Shown: one piece after another, positions 38,635 to 47,686 of the stretch | Layout: the number at the start of each line of letters is the position of its first letter | Position numbering within the stretch: position 1 is the stretch's first letter | IMG/VR virus record: IMGVR_UViG_3300028906_000004 | Coordinates: 759 to 64,758 of that record | Direction: 5' to 3' (one strand) | DNA from: a virus | Lineage: Duplodnaviria; Caudoviricetes | DNA length: 64,000 nucleotides | Notes under the pieces: model-generated | What the model was told of the DNA's origin: nothing | What the model saw: only the letters and a program-made list of their open reading frames with translations | Databases searched by the model: none | Position numbers and translations under genes: made by a program

Positions 38635-41600
38635 ATGAGTGCAACCATTCATTGGCTCCGCGACAGCCTTATAAATTTTGTCACAAATTTTGGGACATCT
38701 CGTGATCCTACTGTTGGTGCGCACTGGAATCTCAAGCTTCTTAATCGCAATGATGTTGAACAAGCATACAGAAGTGACTGGATTGCGCGGAGAATAGTGG
38801 ATGCTCCTGCGGAGGACAGCTGCCGAGAATGGCGGCTGTGGCAGGCAAACCAGAATCAGATTGAGAAGATTGAAGATCTTGAGGAAAAGCTCAAGATACA
38901 GATGAAGACCAAGCAGGCCATTCTGCGGGCACGTCTGTATGGCGGCGCAGGAATGGTGCTGGGAGTGGATCAGGGTGAGGCGAAAGATCCCTTGGATCTG
39001 GAGAAAGTGGGGAAGGACGATCTGAAGTTCGTCGTAGTGTTGAACCGCTACGAGCTGATGGCGGGACCGCGCATCTACAACGTGGAGAGTCCTTGGTACA
39101 CTCAGCCGGAATACTTCACGGCGGCAACGCCGTTGTTTGGCTTCTACGGCGAGGAAGGGAGTACTTATCCGGGGACTAGTAATAGGGGAAACTACAAGCC
39201 TGGTGATACGCAGCGGCAGGTGACGCCGGTGTCAGGGATGGTGCAGATACATCCCAGCCGGGTGGTGCAGTTCTATGGCAATGAGCTGCCGGATTGGCGG
39301 CTGGTGCCGCTGGGCGGGTTATGGGGGGATTCGGTTCTGCAGACGTGCGAGGACGTGCTGAAGGACTTTGGCATGTCGGTTGGTGGCATTGCCAACATGA
39401 TAAACGACGCCAAGCTGGACGTTATTAAGATCCCGCAGCTGACGCAGAATTTGAGCAATGCAGCGTCCAGCAATAAACTGCTGACGCGGTTCATGGTGGC
39501 GAATCAGTCGAAGAGCGTGATTAACAGTCTGTTGCTGGACAAGGAAGAGGAGTGGGAGCGGATACAAACCTCGTTTGGCAGTCTGCCGGAGATTATGCGC
39601 GAGTTCATGACGCTGCTGGCCGGTGCTGCCGAGATGCCTATGTCGCGCATCTTTGGACAGAGTCCTCGGGGGTTGGGTGGGGCTAGCGGAGGAGCAGGAG
39701 AGCAGGACACCAAGAACTACTACGATAATATCTCGTCAAAACAAAAGACTGTCTACACTCCGGCAATGAAGTACCTGGACGAGGTACTGATACGGTCGGC
39801 ACTCGGAAGACGTGATCCTAATATCCACTACGACTGGGCTCCGCTGTATCTGCCTGATCCGAAGGAAACGGCTGCAGTGCAGAAGTCGAAAGCTGATACT
39901 CTGCAAGTGCATGTGAATACGGGCCTCTTTAACGAGGACGCTCTGCGCAAGGCTGCTGTCAATCAGATAGGCGAGGACAAGGTCTATGCGGGGTGGGAGG
40001 ATGCAATAGAGGAGTTCGGAGAAGAGCCCGATGTCGTCGAGGCGCGCATCTGGTCGCCCGGCATTGATCCGAGGACGGGCAAGCCGATTGCGCCGGGTGG
40101 TGGTAGTCTTCCTCCAAGCGGCAAACCTCCGCCAAGTGGAAATGGTGGGGCACCGCTAAAGCAGCTTACGGGGAAATTTAAGAAGCAGGATTTGGGAGAT
40201 GCCGCGCCGAGAACTCTGTACGTTCGGCGTGATGTTCTTAACGGGGATGAAATCAGAGCGTGGGCCAAGCAGCAAGGATTCAAGACGACAGTGCCGGCGA
40301 GCGACATGCACGTCACTATAACGTTCTCGCGGACGCCGGTTGACTGGATGAAGGTCGCAAGCAATAGCTGGTCGTCTACCGTTGATAAGGGGGGCGGAGA
40401 ATTGCAGACAACTCCTGGAGGGCCGCGCCTGATTGAAAAGTTTGGCGATGCTGTTGTGCTGCTGTTTGCCAATGCTGAGTTGACTTGGCGGCATGATGAA
40501 ATGGTGAAGGCTGGGTGCAGTTGGGACTTCCCTGAGTATCAGCCGCATATAACGATAAGCTGGAATGCGGAGGGGTTGGATCTCAGTAAGATTGAGCCTT
40601 ATCAGGGAGCTATTCGGCTGGGGCCTGAGATTTTCGAGGAAGTGAAGGACGATTGGAAAGGGGGGATTATTGAAGATGCTGGCCCAGACGACGAGCCGCG
40701 CGATGAGCATGGGCGATGGACGAGTGGGGAGACTCTAGCTGGTAAGGTAAAGATTGGCACCAAAGATCCCAAGGATATGAGCAACGCTGAGATTGCCAAA
40801 GAGTTTGAGAAGATAACTCTGCATAGTAGCGCGGTTAACAAAGAAATGATCAATGCCGGCAGAGGAATGGAAGCTAGGTCGGAGACAGAGACAAAGACTG
40901 ATGAGCTGTCGCAGAAAACAAAAGCTCTCAGTAAACGAGAATATGATCTCTATGCTGAGAACAAGTTACGTCAGGATATGGGTGGTAGACGTGTTGAGAA
41001 CCCAGAGACAGGCAACATAACTTACGTAGGAAAGCGTCCTGCTAACTTAAAATATAGCTATTTCAAGGAAGACTCTGTCGTCGATGACGCTGATTTAGAC
41101 GACGATATGGTTGAAGACTTCAATCCGAATCATGATCTCAAGAGCGGGGAGTTTTCCAGTGGCGGGTTGAGTGAGGCCGGGAAGAGTGCGAGCGAGAAGG
41201 GCGGCCATTGGCGGGAAGCTTTGGAGCAAGAGCGGAGAGTGAATAAGCTTCGCGAGGTTGAGGCCGGTAGGCACTCGGCGCTTTATCCGGGGAAGTCGGG
41301 TTATGCAGGCAGTCCAGGCGGCGAAGGGTTGGGTGAGGGTGAAAAGGCAGTGTCTCAACCGAAGTCGTTTGCGGAGCGCCACGATACGATGGCGGACAAT
41401 ACTGCGGCTTGGATTCTAGAAAATGGGAAAGAGTACGATTTCGATAAAGTTAAAGAAATGGTGTCGTCTGCTTATAAGGCCGGAGCAAGCGACGACGATT
41501 GGTGGAAGGCAATACGCAAGAGCATAAAGCTGAAGGATTTGCCTGAGCTGAAAGGGCCTGCTGACTGGGATAAGACGCATCTGAGCGGCGACGGGTTGGT

Positions 41601-41898
41601 CCTCAGCGACGAAGCAAAGGCACGGCTGAAAGAGGGCAGCGGCATTGAGCGGATAGTGGACGCAATAAAAGCAATGCCGCAGCCTGTCATTAACGTGCAT
41701 ACGCCAGATGTGGTAGTGCATCAGCCTGAGATAAACGTGACGACACCCGATGTGAAAGTGACTTCCCCTGAAGTAAACGTAACGGTGCCTATCACGATGC
41801 CGAAGAAAGGTGTCGAGGTGACGACTGTTACGGCGCACGATAGTGAAGGGCGCATTAAAGAGTTCGAGCGCCGAGAAATAGACGACGAGGAGAAGTGA
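38635..41898 (+). CDS. DUF1073-type portal protein with a long C-terminal extension containing an Acb1-like 2H phosphoesterase
   Basis: AYRSDWIARRIVDAPAEDSCREW, YGGAG, GAAEMPMSRIFGQSPRGL (portal); MHVTI and QPHITI HxT pair at 40201-40677. Confidence 0.9.
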   Translation: MSATIHWLRDSLINFVTNFGTSRDPTVGAHWNLKLLNRNDVEQAYRSDWIARRIVDAPAEDSCREWRLWQANQNQIEKIEDLEEKLKIQMKTKQAILRARLYGGAGMVLGVDQGEAKDPLDLEKVGKDDLKFVVVLNRYELMAGPRIYNVESPWYTQPEYFTAATPLFGFYGEEGSTYPGTSNRGNYKPGDTQRQVTPVSGMVQIHPSRVVQFYGNELPDWRLVPLGGLWGDSVLQTCEDVLKDFGMSVGGIANMINDAKLDVIKIPQLTQNLSNAASSNKLLTRFMVANQSKSVINSLLLDKEEEWERIQTSFGSLPEIMREFMTLLAGAAEMPMSRIFGQSPRGLGGASGGAGEQDTKNYYDNISSKQKTVYTPAMKYLDEVLIRSALGRRDPNIHYDWAPLYLPDPKETAAVQKSKADTLQVHVNTGLFNEDALRKAAVNQIGEDKVYAGWEDAIEEFGEEPDVVEARIWSPGIDPRTGKPIAPGGGSLPPSGKPPPSGNGGAPLKQLTGKFKKQDLGDAAPRTLYVRRDVLNGDEIRAWAKQQGFKTTVPASDMHVTITFSRTPVDWMKVASNSWSSTVDKGGGELQTTPGGPRLIEKFGDAVVLLFANAELTWRHDEMVKAGCSWDFPEYQPHITISWNAEGLDLSKIEPYQGAIRLGPEIFEEVKDDWKGGIIEDAGPDDEPRDEHGRWTSGETLAGKVKIGTKDPKDMSNAEIAKEFEKITLHSSAVNKEMINAGRGMEARSETETKTDELSQKTKALSKREYDLYAENKLRQDMGGRRVENPETGNITYVGKRPANLKYSYFKEDSVVDDADLDDDMVEDFNPNHDLKSGEFSSGGLSEAGKSASEKGGHWREALEQERRVNKLREVEAGRHSALYPGKSGYAGSPGGEGLGEGEKAVSQPKSFAERHDTMADNTAAWILENGKEYDFDKVKEMVSSAYKAGASDDDWWKAIRKSIKLKDLPELKGPADWDKTHLSGDGLVLSDEAKARLKEGSGIERIVDAIKAMPQPVINVHTPDVVVHQPEINVTTPDVKVTSPEVNVTVPITMPKKGVEVTTVTAHDSEGRIKEFERREIDDEEK
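40201..40677 (+). other. acb1: Acb1 (T4 gp57B-like) 2H cyclic-nucleotide phosphodiesterase domain within the portal ORF
   Basis: RTLYVRRDV, DMHVTITFSRTPVDW, SWDFPEYQPHITISW, YQGAIRLGPEIFEE. Confidence 0.8.
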
Positions 41899-41899
41899 C

Positions 41900-42322
41900 T
41901 TGGCCGCTTATCAGAAGTTTAATCTCTTCGTCGAAGATGCTCTAAAGGGAGTTTATCTGTTTCAGAGTGATGCCTTCAAGATCATGCTGACCAATACCGC
42001 GCCGGTGGCGACGAACCACCTGTACGGGGATATCTCAGGGAACGAGGTGGCCAACGGTGGGGGGTACTCGACAGGCGGTGCCGCGATTACAGTGGGGCTG
42101 TCGAACAGCAGCGGGACTGAAACTGTAACGGGGACCAACGTCGTCTTCACGGCGACGACGGGATTCGGCCCGTTTAGGTATGCAGTGCTCTACGACACGA
42201 CGCCAACGAGTCCCTTGAAGCCGCTGATTGCCTGGTGGGATTATGGGTCGAGTATCTCGTTGAATGCTCTGGAGACATTCACGGTAGCGCCTGGCTCGGG
42301 TAATCTCTTTACTCTGGCGTAG
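41900..42322 (+). CDS. minor virion structural protein
   Basis: DAFKIMLTN...GNEVANGGGYSTGG...GPFRYAVLY...LIAWWDYG; a common phage structural family. Confidence 0.7.
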   Translation: MAAYQKFNLFVEDALKGVYLFQSDAFKIMLTNTAPVATNHLYGDISGNEVANGGGYSTGGAAITVGLSNSSGTETVTGTNVVFTATTGFGPFRYAVLYDTTPTSPLKPLIAWWDYGSSISLNALETFTVAPGSGNLFTLA

Positions 42323-42325
42323 GCG

Positions 42326-42861
42326 ATGGCTGGGATCATTGGCTGGCCGGGGGAGTCGGGGCCTATGCGCTAAGCGGGGAAGCGGCTGGGCTGTTCAGCG
42401 GCTACTACCTCGGAGCGGGAGTGGGTGCGTATGGCCTGACGGGTGAGGCTGGTTCACTTCTAAAGAGCTATGAATTAGGAGCTGCAACTGGAGGGTATGC
42501 GGTAGACGGGGTTGCAGCTGTACTGTCGGTCGATGAAGGCCTCGTCAGCGGGGTATATTCGGTCACTGGTGCGTCGGCGGGGCTGGAGGCTGGCAGGGAG
42601 CTGCCAGCGGCAGAAGGGGCCTACGCAGTCACTGGAGAGGCTGCTGCTCTTACTGTCGGGGGACAGGTTTCGAAAACGGGATTCAGCGTCGCGGGCGGCA
42701 GTGGTGGGGGCAGGCCTGTTACGGATATCCTGCGCGACCTCGACAGACGGAGGACGCTGGCGGCAGAGGCAGGAGTGTTCCGGTTGTCGGGAGATATAAA
42801 CCTCGTTGTCGGGCGCAAGGACTGGGTCAAGTACGACAACGATTTTCTGATAGCGGCTTAG
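42326..42861 (+). CDS. Gly/Ala-rich repeat structural protein with an apparent frameshift near its start
   Basis: LxAxxGxYxxxGxxAxL repeats; the ATG at 42326 is out of frame by one base in the GGG run, and adding a G gives MAGDHWLAGGVGAY... Confidence 0.55.
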
Positions 42862-42881
42862 TTCCAAAGGAAGGTAAGAGA

Positions 42882-43091
42882 ATGGCTACGGGTACTATCA
42901 AGTTCTTCAGCGATAAGGGGTTCGGCTTCATCAAGCGTGACGACGGGAAGCCGGATGTGTTCCTGCATCGCAAGAAGCTGGAAGAGAGTGGCGTTCCGTT
43001 AGGTGTCGTGAAGACGGACAGCAAGGTCGAGTTCGATGTTCAGCACGGCGACCGGGGGCCATTCGCGGTGAACATACGGGTATCGGCATGA
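42882..43091 (+). CDS. csp: cold-shock domain protein
   Basis: MATGTIKFFSDKGFGFI (RNP1), DVFLH (RNP2), GDRGPFAVNI. Confidence 0.9.
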   Translation: MATGTIKFFSDKGFGFIKRDDGKPDVFLHRKKLEESGVPLGVVKTDSKVEFDVQHGDRGPFAVNIRVSA

Positions 43092-43874
43092 CCAAGAGCG
43101 GAATACTACCAAAGCTTCTGCTGGAGAACATCGATTTCTGGGCAGCAGTTATAAACAAAGGTATGAGCCTCGATACTGAAGAGATGCGCAGCAGACTGCT
43201 GGAGGATTTCAGTTCTATCAAGGAGGTGTTATCTGAACCGCCTTTTACCCGCACCAACGCCATTGCCGGTGAGCAGAATCAGCGAGGGCTGCGGTGACGA
43301 CTGAGTGCATTTGGCCCTATCCGAACTATGGAGATTTGCTCCGGTACTTGCAGCCACAGGTACTAATTCAACAGGGCTGCATTTGCCCTCCTACTTCCGA
43401 GCAGACTTGTGAAAATCCTACTTGCCCTCGTAAAAATTGGCTGAAGCAGTCAAAATGTGCTCAAGGAGCGTAAGATGATTCGTCGCTCATGTCCTGATCC
43501 GCTCGTCAATGCGCCGCCGGTGTCGCCGAGCCAGAGATCGATAGAGGTGATACTGAAGGGAATGGCTGCGTTTACCCCTGAAGATAATCTGAAGCGCAGC
43601 GGCAAGGTATGGCCGAGTGGGGGTAAGTATATGACGATGCCGGGGACGGGGTATCGGGCAGGCGAGCCGGGGATAACGGGATGAGCAGAAACACAGATGC
43701 CATTATCGACGTGCTGAAGAGTTCTATCAAGGCAATGCAAGATCCTACTCAACAGGACGAGGCTACTCAGCAAGCCATAATAGACGCAAGCCTGGAGCTG
43801 GGTCGTGAGCTTCTCAATAATATCGGCCGCATCGCCGATGCTATAGAAGAGTTGGCAACGAAGGACAAAGTAAC

Positions 43875-44120
43875 ATGATGAATACTCCGCTGCAGTCGTT
43901 TACGCCGTGGGCGATGCTCGATCCCGCAAAGTTTCAGCGGGAGGTGCATGCGCTCAATGGGCATGTGACGTTCGACACCTTTTCCGTCTTGGACCCGCTG
44001 CGCGAGCTGAAGCAGATATCGGCTGAAGCGGGACATGGCGTGGTGCCGGGGGCGCTGTTCGGTGTTGCTGCGGTGGGTGACATGGGCCGCGCCGTTTACG
44101 ACATCAATAATCACCTATGA
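43875..44120 (+). CDS. small protein paralogous to the N-terminus of the 36702 protein
   Basis: WAMLDPAKF and FSVLDP mirror WAVLDPQ and WAVLDPARF in 36702..38633. Confidence 0.6.
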   Translation: MMNTPLQSFTPWAMLDPAKFQREVHALNGHVTFDTFSVLDPLRELKQISAEAGHGVVPGALFGVAAVGDMGRAVYDINNHL

Positions 44121-44376
44121 GTGCTGGTCTTGCTCAAGCGATGCTACGTGCTCGGGTTTTACCGAAGACTTATGTGAATTTCTTACAAGGTCAGCGTTTT
44201 AAGGAAATCTATCATTGGGCTAGGAAGGAACATGCTTTCCTTCTTGTTTGTGAAGGAATTAGTAAAGAGGAGATAGGTACTCGTCTGGGGATACAAGGAA
44301 ATTCCGCTTTGCAAATGGCTCGTTCGTACGGATATTATTTCAATTTTAAAGTTCGTCGATGCCGAGTGGTGCTTGA

Positions 44377-47300
44377 ATGAGCCTGCTTGCGCCGCGCCGG
44401 CAGTTGTTGAAGACGACAACACGTGTCGTCGATGCAGATGCGCGGCATGATCCGACTGGGACGGGATTTTTGCGGCGGCGGTTTGCGGCTGACTTGGATA
44501 GGCGGTGGGCGCGGCTTAAGCGATTGACGATAGAGGCGGTAGGTAAGAGTGATATCCTTGGACTGGGTGGGCCTACCGTTGCGACGATTGCGGCGCTGCC
44601 GCATGGCAACAAGGTGGAGGGATTCCGTAGCTGGTTCGACGCTGCGCTGCGCGCTGTAATCCTGGTGTATGACGGACGGTGGACGCGCAGCTATATCGAG
44701 CAGTCGATGCAGTTGGCAAAGACGCGAGCACAGAAGCTGACAGTGAGAGATGCGTATGATCCCGACGAACTTCGTGATCCTAAAGGAAAGTGGACAAGCG
44801 GAGTAGACTTAACAGAAACTAAGGAGTTTAAGAGCTGGTTTGGAGGCAGTAAGGTAGTCAATGAATCTGGAAAACCTCTGGTTATGTATCAGGGAGGCGG
44901 TAGTTCTAGTTCTGGTAAGCATGGTAATATGCTCGGCAACGGCATTTATGTAACTAACTCTTCTGAATATGCAGATAAGTTCACTGGCAGAGAAGGGTAC
45001 ATTACACCATTGTACGTTAAGGCTGAAAAGATACTTGAGGAAAACTCAGTTAGGTTATCTGGTAAGAAATTGGGAGATTATGCGATAGCTCATGGGTATG
45101 ATGCTATTCGTGGGGTCATTGGACGTGGGTTGTTTCAATTAGTCGTATTTGATCCAACTCAGATAAAGTCTGCTATCGGAAACAAAGGCACGTTTGATCC
45201 TAAGAGTCCAAAGATAGGCGACAGTGCTGGGCATAGGCAGCGGCATGAAGAGGCGGAGATCCCGGAGGGTTTGTATGAGAAGACGGCGGAGCTGGTGGCG
45301 AAGGCGGCGATCGATCACGGTGTTGAGTGTCCTTGGCTCGCTGGGCGTTCCCGTGACGGAAGCGTGGTCTACATTGACGAGAGAGTACCGCGATATCTGC
45401 CGAAGACGGGAATTGATACGTGGAAGACGCTGCCCTGGCATGAACTCGCGGAGTGGAGCGAGCAAAACGCCGGCCGTAGCTATGACGATGATGGGACCTC
45501 AGCTCACCCTATTGCAACCGCCGTCGAACGAAGGCGAGTGATAGAACTGGGCGGAGATTGGGACGAATACAGCGACGAAATGGCGGGCTATGTCGAGAAG
45601 ACTAAGCAATTCAATCCTGATTTGGTACCTGAGAATTTGGACAAGCGGCCGTTTCTGAGCGGTGCCGGCGGCGGTGCAGTGCTGCGAAGATTGGACAAGA
45701 GGGCGATAGAAGACGCTTACGATCCAGATGAGCCTAGAGATCCTCACGGAAGGTGGACAAGTGGAGGAGAATATCCATTAGCCCCAAGAAGTGAATGGTA
45801 CGGAGAAGCTAATTATGAGGCTACTGGCGGAAAAATGGTAACGATGTCGCCCGATGCGTTTTTGAAGGCATCTCGTCCATTGGATATTGACGAGACTTCT
45901 CGTGAGAACATCGACTTTCTTAAGGAACATATTGAAGCAGGAAAAACACTTGATCCTCTTGCGTTATATGCAAATGGAAAAGAAGACGGTAGACACCGTG
46001 CCATGGCTGCTAAAGAGCTTGGTATAAAGCGGGTTCCAGTTATCAATTTTAGAAAGACTGTAGCAGCGGATACTCAGTTGCGGGATGCGGCGGAGGGGGT
46101 GACGCTGGCCTCTTTGACGGTGGCGGAGTTGAGCGGGATTTGCGATGCTGTTGGGCAGCAGGCGGTACGGGCGGTGGCAACGGGAATACTGCACCGGGAG
46201 CGGCCTGCTTTGATAGCTCGCCGAGTGGGGCTGGTGATTAACTCGGTTGGACGGGCGCGTAGCCGGCAAATGGCCGGGTACATGATCGTCAAGGCGTTTA
46301 GCGTAGCGACGCTGGAGGAGTTTAGGGCGCGGGGGGTGACGAAGGTTGGTACCCGAGCGGAGCGGTTGAGGATAGTGAAAGGTCCGCACGGTAAGCACCT
46401 GGTGAAGGATAGGGACGTTAGGAAAGAGGAAGGGCCTACACCTGAAGAGATAGAAGCGGCGGAAGAGAGTGAAGAGACGCTGCAGGAACTTGAGAGCGTG
46501 GAAATTTTAACGGCAGGCGATGACGATGTCTGCGATATTTGTGAAGAAATATCCGATAACGGGCCATACGATATCGACGAAGCAATGAGTTTGATACCTG
46601 CTCATCCAGGCCCGTGCCGTTGCGCGTTCGTGCCTGCCAATGATGCTAGATTCGCAAATGTGCGAGACTATGCTACAGGACAGTACGGAGGAGAACTTTA
46701 TGACTTCGACCCCGACCAACCGAGAGTCCCTGCAGGATCGCCTGGAGGAGGAGAGTGGAGTGGAGGAGGGTTCGCAGGAGGTCAGCGAGCGGGAAGTGCG
46801 GGCGAGGCAGAGAAAGCGGCAGGAACAACAGCGGCCGGTCACGCCAAGTTAAGTGGCCTTCCCGACAAATCGATAGACTTAGGCGCTGCTGGCTTTTATG
46901 CCCCTGGTCCTAATGCACAGATTCATGCCGCTGCTGTCAAGTACATGCAGGACGCGGGCCTGCACTACGATCCTCCGAAGAGCTACGAGAAGGTAGACAA
47001 GGAACGGGCAGCACGGATTGCTGGTGCATTCGACGCAATGCCGCATGCTCCTGATGATCCTGCAGTGCAAGCGTCATATGCGGCGCTGGCGCGGGAGACA
47101 CTGGCGCAGTGGCAGGCTGTCAAGGCTACCGGCCTAAAGGTAGAGTGGATCAAGCCGGGACAGAAGGACCCTTATGCAGCGTCGCCCAGGCTTGCTGCTC
47201 TCGACGTAGCTCAGAACAATCACTGGTGGGGCTTCCCGACTGATCAGGGGTTTGGATCAGGAGAAGAAGCTGAAGCAGCCAAGCATAACAACCCGATGCT

Positions 47301-47616
47301 GACGCAGACCGATGAAGTTGTTGACGGGCGTAAGCTCGTTGTCAACGACGTGTTTAGGATTGTTCACGATTACTTTGGACACTTCAAGGATGGAGTAGGT
47401 TTCCGTGCCGAGGGTGAGGACAATGCTTGGCGCTCGCATGTAGCTATGTTCTCCGATGCCGCTAAAGGTGCAATGACATCGGAGACGAGAGGGCAAAACA
47501 GCTGGGTAAACTTTGGTCCTTACGGCGAAGCTAACCGAAAGTCTACCGCAGCTGACACTCATTACGCTCCGCAGAAAATCGGCTTGATGCCCGACTGGAC
47601 ATGGAAGAGTCAGTGA
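44377..47616 (+). CDS. MuF/gp7-type head morphogenesis protein with three inserted domains and a C-terminal cargo domain
   Basis: N-terminal HDPTGTGFLRRRF; MuF C-terminal LTAGDDDVCDIC...IPAHPGPCRCAFVP; inserted ART-like, HExxE and ParB-like (DGRHR) modules. Confidence 0.88.
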   Translation: MSLLAPRRQLLKTTTRVVDADARHDPTGTGFLRRRFAADLDRRWARLKRLTIEAVGKSDILGLGGPTVATIAALPHGNKVEGFRSWFDAALRAVILVYDGRWTRSYIEQSMQLAKTRAQKLTVRDAYDPDELRDPKGKWTSGVDLTETKEFKSWFGGSKVVNESGKPLVMYQGGGSSSSGKHGNMLGNGIYVTNSSEYADKFTGREGYITPLYVKAEKILEENSVRLSGKKLGDYAIAHGYDAIRGVIGRGLFQLVVFDPTQIKSAIGNKGTFDPKSPKIGDSAGHRQRHEEAEIPEGLYEKTAELVAKAAIDHGVECPWLAGRSRDGSVVYIDERVPRYLPKTGIDTWKTLPWHELAEWSEQNAGRSYDDDGTSAHPIATAVERRRVIELGGDWDEYSDEMAGYVEKTKQFNPDLVPENLDKRPFLSGAGGGAVLRRLDKRAIEDAYDPDEPRDPHGRWTSGGEYPLAPRSEWYGEANYEATGGKMVTMSPDAFLKASRPLDIDETSRENIDFLKEHIEAGKTLDPLALYANGKEDGRHRAMAAKELGIKRVPVINFRKTVAADTQLRDAAEGVTLASLTVAELSGICDAVGQQAVRAVATGILHRERPALIARRVGLVINSVGRARSRQMAGYMIVKAFSVATLEEFRARGVTKVGTRAERLRIVKGPHGKHLVKDRDVRKEEGPTPEEIEAAEESEETLQELESVEILTAGDDDVCDICEEISDNGPYDIDEAMSLIPAHPGPCRCAFVPANDARFANVRDYATGQYGGELYDFDPDQPRVPAGSPGGGEWSGGGFAGGQRAGSAGEAEKAAGTTAAGHAKLSGLPDKSIDLGAAGFYAPGPNAQIHAAAVKYMQDAGLHYDPPKSYEKVDKERAARIAGAFDAMPHAPDDPAVQASYAALARETLAQWQAVKATGLKVEWIKPGQKDPYAASPRLAALDVAQNNHWWGFPTDQGFGSGEEAEAAKHNNPMLTQTDEVVDGRKLVVNDVFRIVHDYFGHFKDGVGFRAEGEDNAWRSHVAMFSDAAKGAMTSETRGQNSWVNFGPYGEANRKSTAADTHYAPQKIGLMPDWTWKSQ

Positions 47617-47686
47617 ATCGATATCAGCACTGCGATGAACACGAAGCCGACCAGGAACCCGCGCAGGATTAGGTGAAGGTCAGGAG

